Of a DNA stretch of 64,000 bases, positions 26,837 through 40,436 are shown in pieces. Under the pieces are notes generated by a model that saw nothing but the letters and a program-made list of their open reading frames with translations, searched no databases and was not told the origin of the DNA. Position numbers and translations under genes: made by a program. The DNA is from Octopus vulgaris (lineage: Eukaryota): contig OX597819.1 in assembly GCA_951406725.2 (NCBI GenBank), positions 34,968,001 through 35,032,000 on the forward strand. Direction: 5' to 3'. How positions within the stretch are numbered: the first letter of the stretch is position 1; each line of letters starts with the position of its first letter.

Positions 26837-27053
26837 CAAGGGGCTGCTGAAAAGTTTGTGGCTTTAAGGGTGTTGTGAAAGGCCTGCTTGGAGACCCAAC
26901 CTTACGGGTTCTTTTACTGGGCTTAGAAAAACTGAAGGACCACTGCAATAAGTGTGTGAATTTGAGAGGGGAATGAGTTGAATAAAATCATAATTTATTG
27001 ATTCTACTGTAGTTTCTTTTACCTAAAGTCAGTAACTTTTCAGCACCCCTTTG
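26837..27053. mobile_element. Tc1/mariner-type MITE
   Basis: TA-flanked TIRs caagggg(c)tgctgaaaagtt / aacttttcagcacccctttg; related copy at 42530-42746. Confidence 0.75.
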
Positions 27054-27665
27054 TAGAATGTGGTACTCTGTCAAAGGTCTTCTTCAGATTGGTAAATGAA
27101 AACTGCAACTCTTTAAAATTCTAACTTTGCTTATATTGTTGTTGTTGTTCAGTTGTAGTTGAGCTGTGAATGAGTAAAACTATTCCAGCTCCAGTTACTC
27201 TGTATTTATATTATACCATACATTTCATCGTCTTTGTTTTTACATCCACTCTTCCATGCTTGCATGGGTCAGATGAAACTTATTTGAGAAAGATTTTTCT
27301 ACTACTGACCTTTGTTTGTTTCCATGCAAGGTAATATTTCCCCTACACCTTCCCATAAAAACGTGTACATGTATAGTTTTGGTGGTACAAACAGGTTAAT
27401 TAGAACTCAATACACAAATTAGAGCATATATATTTCTTTATTAGCTACAAAGCCACACAAGTGGCCTGAGGCCCCAGATTTCCTTGCTCCAGAAAATATT
27501 AAGAAACATCTGTTTCTTAATATTATCTAAATTAATTCCCAGTATATGTTCATGTAACATATATGAACTTGTTTTATTATTTCTTACCTGTTGTATTTTT
27601 TTATTAAAACCTGTTAGCTAAATCAATCAAACATAGATACATAATTATTAAAATTTTTGTTGCAG

Positions 27666-27876
27666 AGTTCCAGCCTGCCATGTTTTTCACCGTCCAAACC
27701 TGCATATATTAATCTTAACACCATTGACAATATAGAAGCAGTTGCTAACTTGACTGTCAAAGAATTAAAAGAAATACTTTCGTTTCATTTTGTTGACTAT
27801 AAGGGGTGTGTAGAAAAATGGGAACTTTTAGACAGAGTTCGGAGATTATGGGAAGCTCAGAGACAACAGAAAAAAG
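27666..27876 (+). CDS. RNF34: RNF34/RFFL coding exon 4 (second SAP-like domain)
   Basis: LTVKELKEILSFHFVDYKGCVEKWELLDRVRRLW is characteristic of RNF34/RFFL; CAG acceptor, GT donor at 27877, phase 1. Confidence 0.94.
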
Positions 27877-27962
27877 GTAATTACAGATAAATTTTTTTTA
27901 TAACTTTTTATGACTGAATATTATATGTGGATTTTATTCTATAAATTTGTGGGATTTGAAAT

Positions 27963-28003
<41 letters not shown>

Positions 28004-28007
<4 letters not shown>

Positions 28008-28410
28008 TTTTTTTTATCTGAGGGGAGGCAATGCGAGCAACAACCACAGGAACATCACAAAATCCACAGAAAGACCAAACACATACAAATCTTCATATAC
28101 TCATTTATATCTATAAAGCCCGACATTTAAAAATTTAGTAATATATAAATATATCATATAAAAATATAAATTATGCTTAAAACATTTAGTATACTACATT
28201 ATACTAAATGTTTTAAGCGTAAATTCAAGGTGTTATATGCATAATTTATATTTTTATATGATATATTTATATATTACTAAATTCTTAAATGTCGGGCTTT
28301 ATAGATATAAATGAGTATATGAAGATTTGTATGTCTTTGGTCCTTCTGTGGATTTTGTGATATTCCTGTGGTTGTTGCTCGCATTGCCTCCCCTCAGATA
28401 AAAAAGTGTA
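28004..28410. repeat. Long palindrome (arms about 170 bp) with nested hairpin
   Basis: ttatctgaggggaggcaatgcgagc... / ...gctcgcattgcctcccctcagataa; inner hairpin gcttaaaacatttagtata/tatactaaatgttttaagc. Confidence 0.92.
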
Positions 28411-28581
28411 TACAGCTCATTAGAGCACTTCTATTTCCAGTCCGTTGTATATCTTGAGCGTTGTTGTCACTCAAGATATAACTTTATATTTTATAATATA
28501 CTTTATTTAAAGCAGGAGAAAATTCAACAAAACCTGTTACTCTGAGTTTCACATTGCCGTTCGTCGGACATCTAGCAAAAA

Positions 28582-28619
28582 CTGTCCGATGAATGGAAAC
28601 GTGAAACTCAGAGTAACAG
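28582..28619 (+). ncRNA. Minimal hammerhead motif (U4C variant) in palindrome 28494-28659
   Basis: ctgt-CCGATGA-atg gaaa cgt-GAAA-ctcagag-TA-acag; mirror copy on the - strand at about 28533-28570. Confidence 0.72.
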
Positions 28620-30221
28620 GTTTTGTTGAATTTTCTGCTGCTTTAAATAAAGTATATTACTCTACCACTGGTATTTGAGTACTCTTTTTTCCCACCTTGT
28701 TTCACATTTATGTGTTTACTCCGGTATTTTGTAATATATATGTATGTATGTATGTGTGTGTATGTATAAAACTGTATATATACTTTTAGAAATGAAAATA
28801 AGTTTTAAAAAAGAATGAATACCCATCAGTGCTTTGTCTTTGTCTGAAATAGGTGGTTGGCTGTGTGTGAAGATATTTTTCTTCATCAATTCATGTATGA
28901 TGAATTATCTTTTACCTATTTCAGTTATTGGATTGTGCCCATGCTGGAGTACCATGTAGCTAAGTTTAGTCAGACAAATCGACCCCAGCGCTTATTTAAG
29001 TCTGGTACTTAGTCTGTCAGTCTCTTTTGTTGAACTGCTAAGTTAACACAACAACACTGGTTGTCAAGTGGTTGTAGGTGGGGTAACAAACGCAAAGATA
29101 CGCAAACACACACACACACACACATGATGGGCTTCCACACAGTTTCTGTTTACCAAATCCACTCACATGGCATTGGTTTGCCCGAGACTGTAGTAGAAGA
29201 TACTTGCCCAAGGTGCTGTGCTGTGGGACTGAACCCGAAACCACATGGTTGCAAAGCAAACTTCTTAACTACATAACCATGCTTGCACAGACGTTTTTAT
29301 CAATATATATATGGCACATACATTATAGGTGGAAAATTACAGAGTATTTGAGCATACCAGCAAGCTGGTTGAATCATTAGAGCTGGAACTTATCCTGACA
29401 GTCTCCTTTGCTGAACTGCTAAGTTACAGGGACACAAACAAACCAACACTAGTTGTCACACAGTGCTGGTGTGACAAACACAAATACACATATAATATAT
29501 GAAAGACCTCTTTCAGTTTCCATCCACCCTAAAAGCTTTGGTTGGCTCAAGGCTATTGTAGAAGGCACTTGCCTAAGGTGCCATGTGTGGGAATGAAACT
29601 AGAAACATGTGGTTGGGAAGCAAACTGCTTACCACACAGCTATACCTGTCAACAGATGTGATAGTTTGCTACTCAGTTACAAAAGGTGACATCTCCATTT
29701 GAAGCTGAGCTCCATGCAAATTGTAAACATTCCTACAGACTGCTTCCTGAAGTTTTATATTATTTCATAATTAGCATTATAATTCCAGCTTTCCATTTTA
29801 TGGTCTGTTCTTCTATCTTTACTCTTTATAAATTTTCATGTTTGTTGTATTCTTTAACACATTTCCAAGCTAATCCTTAGTTTGCTGTCATTTCTGCCTC
29901 AAAACTTCTTTGCTTTCATTTTTTTCCATGTTATAACTTTTGAAGATAAACCTAAAGTTTATGGATGCTTCTAAAACTGATTGCTGCTTATTACCTTCTG
30001 TGTTCCTTTTCTTGAAAATAAGGCTCTCTTCACCTCTTAAACTGCATAATATTTACTTTATAACTCTATTTCCAAAGATTTATTTTACAATAGCTTCAAT
30101 AAGAAAATAGAAAAGTATTTAAAAAAGCAAAACAGAAATATTCTTTAATCATCTTTTTGCTGTTACCTAAATATTTCATTTCAGTTCATTAACTCTTTTT
30201 GTAAATCATTATATTTTTCAG

Positions 30222-30403
30222 ACCCAGATTCTCCAGTTTTAAATGATGATGAAATGTGCAAGATTTGCATGGATTCCCCAATAGACTGTGTCCTTTTGGA
30301 GTGTGGTCATATGGTGTCCTGCACCCAGTGTGGCCGTAAACTTAATGAATGTCCAATATGCCGACAGTACGTAGTACGTGCAGTGCATATATTCAAAGCC
30401 TAA
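30222..30403 (+). CDS. RNF34: RNF34/RFFL last coding exon (C3HC4 RING)
   Basis: [48 protein letters not shown]; TAA 30401-30403; spliced CDS = 361 aa. Confidence 0.96.
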
Positions 30404-30769
30404 GGGATTTCTAAGATAATAATCAGTTATGTAATTTATGTATAACTATGGTCCAATATTAAATATAGACTTGAACGAAAACATTTTGAGGTGGAAAAAA
30501 AGGCAAAAATCCATTATTTTACAGTCAGTCTCTTTATGATTCTGATCTTTTTATTTACTATTACGAAAAAAAATGGCCATTTTCTTGAATTTAATTTTCC
30601 CCATCACTATGATTTTTTTTTCATGAAACATTCCTCCAGTATCCAATCATTTTTTTAAAACCCTTTATGTTACATCTTTCACATTATGTGGAATTAAATA
30701 AGTGTTAAGCACTTACTTTAAGAAAGGAAAGTAAGTATTATTTCATATTCATTTTAAAATCTATTTTTC

Positions 30770-31270
30770 CCATGCTGGCATGGGTTGGATGGATCTGCAA
30801 TACAACATCTTTTTCTGGGTCTCGATATTATGTCATCTCATCTGTGAGGCTCAACATTCTCAGGTTTGATCTAACTACTTCTTCCCAAGTCTTCCTTGGT
30901 CTACCTCTACTGCGGGTATTTTCCACCATCAACTCACAGTCCATTTTCATCCTGCATGCATCATCCGTCAGCATTAAATGTCCATACCAGCATAGTTCTC
31001 TCTTTTTTCTGCCCACATCGACCAATGCCTTTGATGCCCAGTTGCTTTCTCAACCCACTCATGTCCAACATTTTATGTCAATAACTATTGCACATCAAGC
31101 AGGTCATACTCAATTCCTTCCTTAACCAATTGCTGCAGATCCTCTGCATTCACTGCCATACAAGCATACCATTTCTGACACATGCTTTATAGAGTCTGCC
31201 TTTCATAGGTAGAGAAATATTTTATTTCCATCAGAGGCGGCAGTTTTCTAAGCTTCTTTCAGACCCTTAT
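30770..31270 (-). mobile_element. RTE-clade LINE 3' end fragment
   Basis: LCWYGHLM...VENTRSRGRPRKTWEEVVRSNL is typical of the RTE ORF C-terminus. Confidence 0.8.
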
Positions 31271-33414
31271 TTTTTTTTTTTTTTACCTTGAATCATACTG
31301 TCTCCAGATCCATTTGAAACATTGGTAACACTTAGTTAACAGACCTTACAATCCTCTTCCACTCAGTCTGCCCCTGTCCTTATCTTCCATCATTGGTCAT
31401 ACTGTTAGCATCTGAAGCGCTTAAAATTTTACTTCCCTGCCAATCTATCCGCTAGAGATGACACATCTTTTTGTTTTTGCATTAATTGCATGCAAAGAAA
31501 ACAAACAAACAAAAAAAAAAACATTTCTTAGATGCTATTGGACTTTGTTGGCTCCTGTTACTAAATGTTACCTTAGTCTTGGCCATATTCACCTTCAAGC
31601 CTTTTAACTCAGACCCCACTCTTCCAGGTTATGAATTTCTGCAGTTCTTCAACAGATGTTCCGAGAGCATCTAATATCTGATCACCTCAGCTTTTAGGTT
31701 GAAGAGACGAGGTCTGAGGACAGAGGGAGAGGACTAAGAAAGACACTTACCTGTACACTAAATTCTTCATTGAGCTCACTGCTGATCCTGACCCTACTTT
31801 AAGCACCCTCATTCTTGGCTTAAACACACCTCACAGGCCAACTGTTTATACCTAAGCTTTCTCATTGCCCAACAGACTACAAATCACACGCATATGCATG
31901 TAATATCAAATTCTGTTCTATTTGAGATTTCATTTTAGGAAATCATGGCATTGAAAAGAAAATTATTTTGAGGGCCAGCATATATATATATATATATATA
32001 TGCATGTATGTGTAATGTGTTTATGTGTGTATGTACGTAATCTGTATATGTGTATATATATATATATATGTATGTTTATGTATGTGTATATGTAATCATT
32101 AATGTATGTGTATATGTGTGTGTATGTATGTATATATATGCATGTGTTTATTTGTATATATCTTATATATACACATATAAATCTATATAATGTGTGTATA
32201 TATGTATGTATATATATATATGTGTGTGTGTGTATATATATAGCATGTGTATATATGTGTATACACACACACATATATATATATGTGTGTAAGAACACTT
32301 GTTGCACAATCAGAAAATCACTTATATATTTATTGATAATTGTCTATTTATTTATAGCAATATTATTTGTTTAATATTTTTTTTAAATCATGTGGTTACA
32401 TCATAAAATTCTAACATTATATCTGATTTATTTACATTCTAATTTCCTTTAAAACACTGAGAAAAATATTATTAAAAATATTTTATACAGTTTTGTTAAC
32501 TATCATTTAATCAGTCTCTTTTAATAATAATAAAAAAAAATGTTTTTTGTAATAAAAGTATTAAAACCAATAATACTTGATTCATGTATTTTGAATTGCA
32601 TACATACAAAAAAACCGTAAGTGAAAATGCTAGGAACATGGCTTTAGGTAAGTTCTTGGGTAACTGTTAATGTATTATTTGATATCTTTTTTGTCTGCGA
32701 TGGTTCTTGTTTTTCAGACATACTGTACAAGATTTATTCTAGTTGTCATTTAATTTCTGAATCTGAGATGTAAGCTTCATAAGTTTCATCACTGTTTCAC
32801 TCTATAATTATCTTTGATCTGTCTCTGCTGCAGATACATTTCACTTTAGTTATATATCATTTTTTTCATGTAGCTCACATCATACATTCTTGTTACATAT
32901 CTATATCTGTATTGTCCCAGCTCCTAGTGGTTTGGAGATCATTGGTTTGACTCCTGGACTAAGGGGTGTGTTATGTACTTGAGCAAAACACTTAATTTCA
33001 TGTTGCTTCTGCTCACTCAGTTGAAAATGTCCTAGTGACAACTGGAGTGGCAGGGAAGGCTAAATGTATGACAAAGTTGTATCATTTCTGTGGAGAGGCT
33101 TGTACTCTCAGTTGTTTAGTTGACACAGACCATGGGATTGCACCTAGAAAGTTTCCCTCCCATTACAGATCAGATGATATGTTCAAACTAATTGAAGTCA
33201 TGGTTTAAGCTATTTAAAAAGATCTTTTGACAAATATGATGAGCTTGATAGAAAATAAATTTAAAACCAAGTTCCTCTGAAGTTCAGATTAAAGTATATT
33301 AAAAAAAAGTATCTATTTTTCAAAAATAATAATGTTTTATTTTTAATGTATAAATATATATATTGTTAAACATGTATTTCTAATAGCTAATGAGCAAAGC
33401 AAGAAACTGAAACC

Positions 33415-33420
33415 TTTATT
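33415..33420 (-). terminator. Candidate PGD polyadenylation signal AATAAA
   Basis: tttatt on + about 90 nt past the PGD stop; the region is AT-rich, so chance occurrence is possible. Confidence 0.45.
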
Positions 33421-33509
33421 TCTAAATTGCATTTAATATTGGTATAACAAAGTTAAGTTCACTTTGAAGATGTTCGTTTATTATAATGAAAATATAACAA
33501 TCCCAAGCA

Positions 33510-33629
33510 TTAAGCTTGATACGTAGTTGAAGATACTTGCCCACCAGATCCTGTCCAATTTGTATGAACAAAATGTCCAAGATTGTTACGTAGTTCATAT
33601 GTGTGAGCACCAAAGTAGTCACGCTGAGC
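33510..33629 (-). CDS. PGD: PGD last exon
   Basis: AQRDYFGAHTYELRNNLGHFVHTNWTGSGGQVSSTTYQA*; 120 nt. Confidence 0.97.
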   Translation of the reverse strand, partial: AQRDYFGAHTYELRNNLGHFVHTNWTGSGGQVSSTTYQA

Positions 33630-33962
33630 CTGAAATTTAAATAAAAAAATATTAGATACAAGCATACACAATCTGAATCCCATTTCTGAAATACAAGTTA
33701 TATTTCATATTTGGATTTTAATACTATCAGCAGAGCATAAAAGTTACCACCTCGTCTGTAAGACAATTATTTCAAAACCCAAAAATAACCTTCAAGCTTC
33801 CTTATCTTACAAATGCAGCTGGGTTTTCTGGTCCGTTACCAAGAGACTATTAATGTCGTAGTATTACCCAACTATCTGTCATTCTTAAAACAAAATAGTT
33901 TCCAAGTACTATTTTGTTTTAGTACTCATCTCCAATAACACTACTTCATTTTTGTCTCCATT

Positions 33963-33964
<2 letters not shown>

Positions 33965-34034
<70 letters not shown>
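33965..34034. repeat. (CA)n microsatellite
   Basis: Pure CA tract in the last PGD intron. Confidence 0.95.
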
Positions 34035-34037
<3 letters not shown>

Positions 34038-35252
34038 GAAAAAAAACCTCACACCACTATGTGAAAATTCTTTTCACTGAACCCAATAAAGCAACCAATT
34101 GAAGGAGGGTTCCTTATGTTAACATCAAATAGTGCACCGTAATTTTTTTTTTTTTTCACAATAGGGGACTAACTATATATAACCATGATAATCTCTCATT
34201 CTGTACAGGTATTCTGTTTGACACTGCTAATTACTGACCAATTGCCATCACTCCTAACACATCTGAAGAGATGGTAATAGTTGTAAAGCACCACCTCAGT
34301 TCATTACATTGATTATTTTACTTTCTCCTGGGACCATCAGTACACTCCCCATAGAGCCAGATCTAAAAGAGACTTGTTCTCCTGCATCATACATTAGTTG
34401 TCTCTTGCTCTTAAGCAGTGAAATGGAAACATTGTTATTTCTTTTGATATCAATAAAACCATTGTCAATATTGGGCAAACTACTCTGTTGCACCGTTCAC
34501 AGACTGAATGCTCAATTAAGTCTGCTTCCTATACATTAATAACCCACTTGCTGCCATTAGTAACTGCACACATACACATACTGTGATCAGGTGACACAAC
34601 AGTTCATTTCCTGATTTTGTATATGCAAATATTATCACTCATAACCTGCTATGAGATGAGACATTTGTAAATGACCTAACCACATTTGCTAGAGGTATCA
34701 ATTTATATACTGTTTCAGTTTTAATTTAAGACCCATTTCTTTGCATAGTTACTACAGTGATGGAAAGGATACACAGGAGGGTTTTGACAGCAATAGTGTT
34801 TTTAAAGGAGAATAAATTAGATTTTGTTATGTAAATATCTTTATAAGGACATTAGGAATATAAATTGAACCCCACCCCCATCACTACTACATTTATAATA
34901 GAAAATAGTTCAAAATATAGGCAAATGGTATTGACATCAACTGCAAAGTTAGTTACTTGAAACCTCCTCTTCAAAGTCACAGCAACAAGCCTAATATACA
35001 TGATACACTAATGCTATGGGATACAACAGCAAGTAATTGAACATCAGATTAAATGTATAATGGTATTAAATTTTATCTGCCTACATCTTGAGTAGAAATA
35101 ATGTCAAAGTTTTCATTCTTCCAGTGCCAATAAATAATTACCAGTAACTCACTACATATTAACTTCTCTGAAAAATAGCTTTATTCCTTGACATAAGAAA
35201 ATCAATATTGTACTATATAAAAAATTTTTTTTTAAAATCATGCTGAACTAAC

Positions 35253-35375
35253 CTGAAGTAAATTTGCAGGCAGATGTGAAGTCCTGTAGCCATCATAAAA
35301 GGCTAACGCTGAACTGAAAGCTGGTGTTGGAATTCCAGATGTGACAGCTACACTGATTACGTGACGCCAAGAATC
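35253..35375 (-). CDS. PGD: PGD exon 13
   Basis: DSWRHVISVAVTSGIPTPAFSSALAFYDGYRTSHLPANLLQ; 123 nt. Confidence 0.97.
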
Positions 35376-37194
35376 CTGTAAATCATATAAGAAAAATATT
35401 AAGAAAATTAACATTCATATAATCAATAATTTCATTTACTACAGACTTAAAAGTTATAATAATTGTGACATTCATGCCATTAACAAAAACATCAAGAAAG
35501 TGTTTATTAGCAACAGAGGCAGCATCAACACTGAGAGGTGATATTTATCCCCACTTAAAAAAAAATATAACAATATAAGCAAGAGTGCATTTGCACCAAA
35601 AGCCAATATGAAAGTTTCTCTCATGGTAACTACCACATAATAGTTTGTTCCAACAGAACACCCACTTTTAAGTGGGGATAAATATTACCTCTCATTTAGA
35701 ATGAGAAGTGAAATGATTCTAACTAGATATGGCACGTAAAAAGCACCCACTACACTCTCGGAGTGGTTGGCGTTAAGAAGGGCATCCAGCTGTAGAAACT
35801 CAAGATTGGAGACTGGTGCAACCATCTGGTTTGCCAGCCCTCAGTCAAAATCGTCCAACCCATGCTAGCATGGAAAGCGGACATTAAACAATGATGATGA
35901 TGATATCAATAAAGGGTTACAAATTAACTTCACCAAAAATTTATTGTTAAACCACAAAGTCTGCTAAGTTATTGTCAGAAAGGTGGTAAGCCGGCAGAAT
36001 CATTAGCATGCTGGACAAAATGCTTAGTGGTATTTCACCAGTCGGTATGCTCTGAGTTCAAATTCCACCAAGGTCATCTCATCCTTTCGGAGTCAATAAA
36101 TTAAGTACCAGCGAAACAGTAGGGTTGATGTAATAGACTAGTCTCCTCCCTGCAAATTTCAGGCCTTGTGCCTTTAGTAGAAAGGACTCTTATTATCATT
36201 AAAATTACATCTGTTTTCCCTATGTAGCATGGTTTTGATAAATCGATACATCTGAAAATTAATCCTGAACAGTCCAGTGTTTGAATAATTGTTTTGTTTG
36301 TGTAAGACTGGAGGCCCTTATTGCTGCTGACTTAACTGTTGTCAGACCATGCCAATATCAGAGTAATTCTCTTCCAAGTCTTCTCTACACTATATCAGTT
36401 TTATACGAGGTAATGATATAGTTCACTTCATTAAACCTACTTCACTCTGATATCATTATAAGAGACATTTTTTCTGCAAATGTATTAAAGTAGGAGAGAG
36501 AGAGAGAGAGATGAAAGTGTTCTACTGGAGATCTAAGGAGAAAGAGAAGCCTGACTGTAAACACAACTCTTCGTCCATATATATAAGTGGGCTTCTAATT
36601 TTTGTCAACCAAATGCACTGACTTTGGTCAACACAGGGTCATGCAGTGGGATTGAACTCAACACCTAGTGGCTGGAAGTAAACTTCTTAATATTACACCT
36701 ATGCCTATGTGCTATTTAAAAAAAATAATAATAGGAAGGCAATTATTGATATAAATTAACAAAAGGATAAATATTTATAAAACTATGTTTCAGGAATGCA
36801 TAATGTTCATCAGAAATAGAAGATAGAATAAAGTTTAGTTCCTAAATATGGTTTTTGCATTATGAGATACGAACCAAACAGCTTTACAAAGAAAAAAAAA
36901 AAGAAAAGAAAATGCAAGCTTTGATATCACTAGTAGCAACAACAAAGAAAAGCAGGTAAACTACCAAAGAAAGAATTTTGGAGATGCTGATTTAAAAAAA
37001 AAGAAAGAGTACTTATAGAGTTACTACCCTCTGATGGGTCAGAGAACAATGTCTTGCTCATACGTTCCATTTCTAGCTTGGTTTCTTCAGCTGGATGTCC
37101 TTCCTATTAGCAACCACTATATAGAATGTACTATACCAAGTGGATTTGTGTGTGTGTGTATATATATATATATATTGAGATATAAATATATATT

Positions 37195-37600
37195 ATGATC
37201 GTTACCAGCGTCGCACTACTGGCACTCGAGCCCCGTGCTAGTAGGGTATTAAGAGCACCATCCGAGCGTGATCGTTGCCAGAGCAGCTATCTGGCCTCCG
37301 TGCCAGTGGCACGTAAAAAACACCATTCGAGCGGTATCGTTACCAGCATCGCCTTACTGCCACCCGCGCTAGTGGCATGTGTAAAAGATTCGAGCGAGGT
37401 CATTGCCAGTGCCGCCTGACTGGTACGTAAAAGCACCCACTACACTCTCAGAGTGGTTGGCGTTAGGAAGGGCATCCAGCTGTAGAAACTCTGCTAGATC
37501 AAGAATGGAGCCTGGTGCAGCCATCTGGTTCGCCAGCCCTCAGTCATATGTCCAACCCATGCTAGCATGGAAAGCGGACGTTAAACGATGATGATGATGA
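37195..37600 (+). mobile_element. SINE with (ATG)n tail; many relatives (e.g. 7140-7340, 19480-20040, 24530-24800, 35728-35905, 40665-40870, 53540-53985)
   Basis: Shared core ggttggcgttaggaagggcatccagctgtagaaac and tail catggaaagcggacgttaaacgatgatg. Confidence 0.85.
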
Positions 37601-37856
37601 GAGGGATAGAGGTATTGACACACATAGAATGGTATGTTGGAATGTAGCATTTCATACTGTGCAATTAATGGTAGCTATGAATGAATATGAAAATGCAATT
37701 GGGTCTCTGGCATGACTGTTCTACTGTTCTAGGGGGACAGCAGAACAATCCATGGAGTTGCACCAAAGTGATGCTAGCTTATCCTGCACATCTAACCTCT
37801 TGATTACATAGACAATAATGTAATATTTTTTATTAATTCACAAATTATTTTCTTAC

Positions 37857-37956
37857 CTGACATTTGGAAATAGCTGATTTGAAGAAATCATCTAACAGTA
37901 AACTTTTAAGTTTTGGGTTTTTATCAAAAGCATCTTTAATATTTCCAAGGAAAACA
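37857..37956 (-). CDS. PGD: PGD exon 12
   Basis: VFLGNIKDAFDKNPKLKSLLLDDFFKSAISKCQ; 100 nt. Confidence 0.96.
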
Positions 37957-40302
37957 CTACAAATGAAAAAGACATGTTTTATGGTTATTAAGGTTCTTTT
38001 TTTAACCTCTACTTCTAACAATGTTTCAAATAAAAAAAAATTTAATTTATAAATATAGATAACTCAAGTTTGGTAAGTAGTAAAAGAAATATTAATTCAA
38101 TTATTCAAAATGATTTTTATAGTTAATAAATTTACACAATGATATGAAAACACTAAATGTTAAACTGACCTGATTGTATTCAAGAGTTGAACTTAATTAA
38201 ATGTTACAGCTTTTCATTTGCTCAACTAATCATCTAGTTTTTAAAATCCATTTTACAAATATTGCATGTTTCTCCATTTCTAACTCATTGAAAAATCTTT
38301 TTCACTTCACAGCTAATTGATTATTCATGCAGTTTTAATTTTATAACAGCATATATTATTTAAAATAATGATTTTTATTGAAAATATAGTTCACTATACA
38401 AATATAATTTAACTGTAGTTTTATTTTCAGGTTAACTTCTGGTGATTAATATTTTAAGTTTTGATATTGTTTTACATGATCCCCCCCACCATATGTAAAT
38501 GAAAGCTTTTGAAAGGTTGCTGACGTAAACTACTATAAATTATAATAGTTTATTTTTCTATTAGATTGATGTAGATGTAGTTGGCTGTGTCCATGACTCA
38601 TGAGCCCACTTAATTTTCCTCTTAAATATTTAAGAGAAATTAGATATTAAATACATTAAAAGAACTTTTAGTTGATAGTGATAGGAGTGGAATCCAAGAG
38701 GGCTGACATTCTGGAAGGAAAGAGCAGGGTTATGGAACGGGATGACAATGTTGATGAAAAGTGGGTTGGGTGAAGATAGCACACCTGTGAACCAGAAGTT
38801 AGAGCATGCAGGTGACTTCATGCCAATCAGTCAAGGCACTTTTTATGGAGGTGCAGTCAAGATGTCTGGATGTGTAATAGCAATATGAAGTCAGAAGAGT
38901 ACATTCTGTCAGCCAGTGAAACTGATGCAAATAAATTGAAATACAAGTGAAGCAGTGCACTTTATAAAGAGATCATGTAATAGATTTAGAATGGTTTGAA
39001 GCTTTACAATGCATTTTTGATTTATCTATTACCATATTTAACATTTTACCATCATGTTTTCAGCATTGCTTAACACTCTCCAATTAGTGTTTACTTTCCA
39101 GTTGTAAAATATTTGCTGCTGAACAAGTAACTACACTCAGTACATGAACTGCAACCCCACAATGTATATCTCAACCAGATGTTTAGTATACTTTATCTAC
39201 CTTGTCTGTCAGCTGACACTCTGCACATTCAGAATAGAAAATGCTATCAAATATATAGATTGCAATTTTCCATGGGAATAATAACAGATTGCACAACAGG
39301 ATTTCATTTCTTGTCCAAGAATTCAATGAATCGCCAATGGAACATAAATATATTAGACTGGGGCTAAATGAAATGTAGACATATGCGTTTGAAGTAGTAC
39401 AAAATGAAAGCAAGATAATTCATTTTGTCAGCAAGGAAATTATATTACAAGTAGAATACTCTTTACTCTCTTTTACTTGTTTCAGTCATGTGACTGTAGC
39501 CATGCTGGAGCACCACCTTTAGTCGAGCAAATCGACCCCAGGACTTATTTTTTGTAAGCCTAGTACTTATTCTATCGGTCTCTTTTGCTGAAACCGCTAA
39601 GTTACGGGGATGTAAACACACCAGCATCGGTTATCAAGCGATGTTGGGGGGACAAACACACACATACATACGACGGGCTTCTTTCAGTTTCCATCTACCA
39701 AATCCACTCACAAGGCTTTGGTCGGCCCGAGGCTATAGTAGAAGACACTTGCCCAAGATGCCACACAGTGGGACTGAACCCAGAACCATGTGGTTGGTAA
39801 GCAAGCTACTTACCACACAGCCACTCCTTTTATAATGATAAAAAAAAAACTTAACTAGTTTTCTCATCAGTATTCATTAAACATAATAAACCTATTTTAT
39901 TTGGTCCTGTAACACATTTAGTATTTAGGTAGTAGTAGAAATAAAATGGTTGAATGAGTTGGGTACTGAATAAAGAAAGGGAGTTTGTAACTTTATTAAT
40001 ATTATAAAGAATCCAACAAGTGAAATGACAATCCTGTAACTGTTGACTATATGTTTGCTCTTTAGCTTGGGGAGCAATTAGCCACAAAACAAGATTTACA
40101 GCTAGACTAAATATGCCCACATTAATATTTGTGTAGGACTTTAACTTTTATTTTCAAATTCAGTTCCTAAAGATCAGTATATATAATTTAGTATATGTAT
40201 TTGGAGCTTATTCTAAAAAAATAAATTATTGAATATCTGTAACTAATACATAGTAAGCAGATAGATATAACCCAGAGATAGAAAAGGTGGGTATTTATTT
40301 AC

Positions 40303-40436
40303 CTACGAATAATGCAGCCACCTCTCCACATAAGTGCAATCGATCCATAATTTAGATTCCACCCAAGACTCTTGGCAGCTTCCTGCATTAGCATGAATCC
40401 TTGAGCATATGATACAATTTTAGATGCATATAATGC
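40303..40436 (-). CDS. PGD: PGD exon 11
   Basis: [44 protein letters not shown]; 134 nt. Confidence 0.97.
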
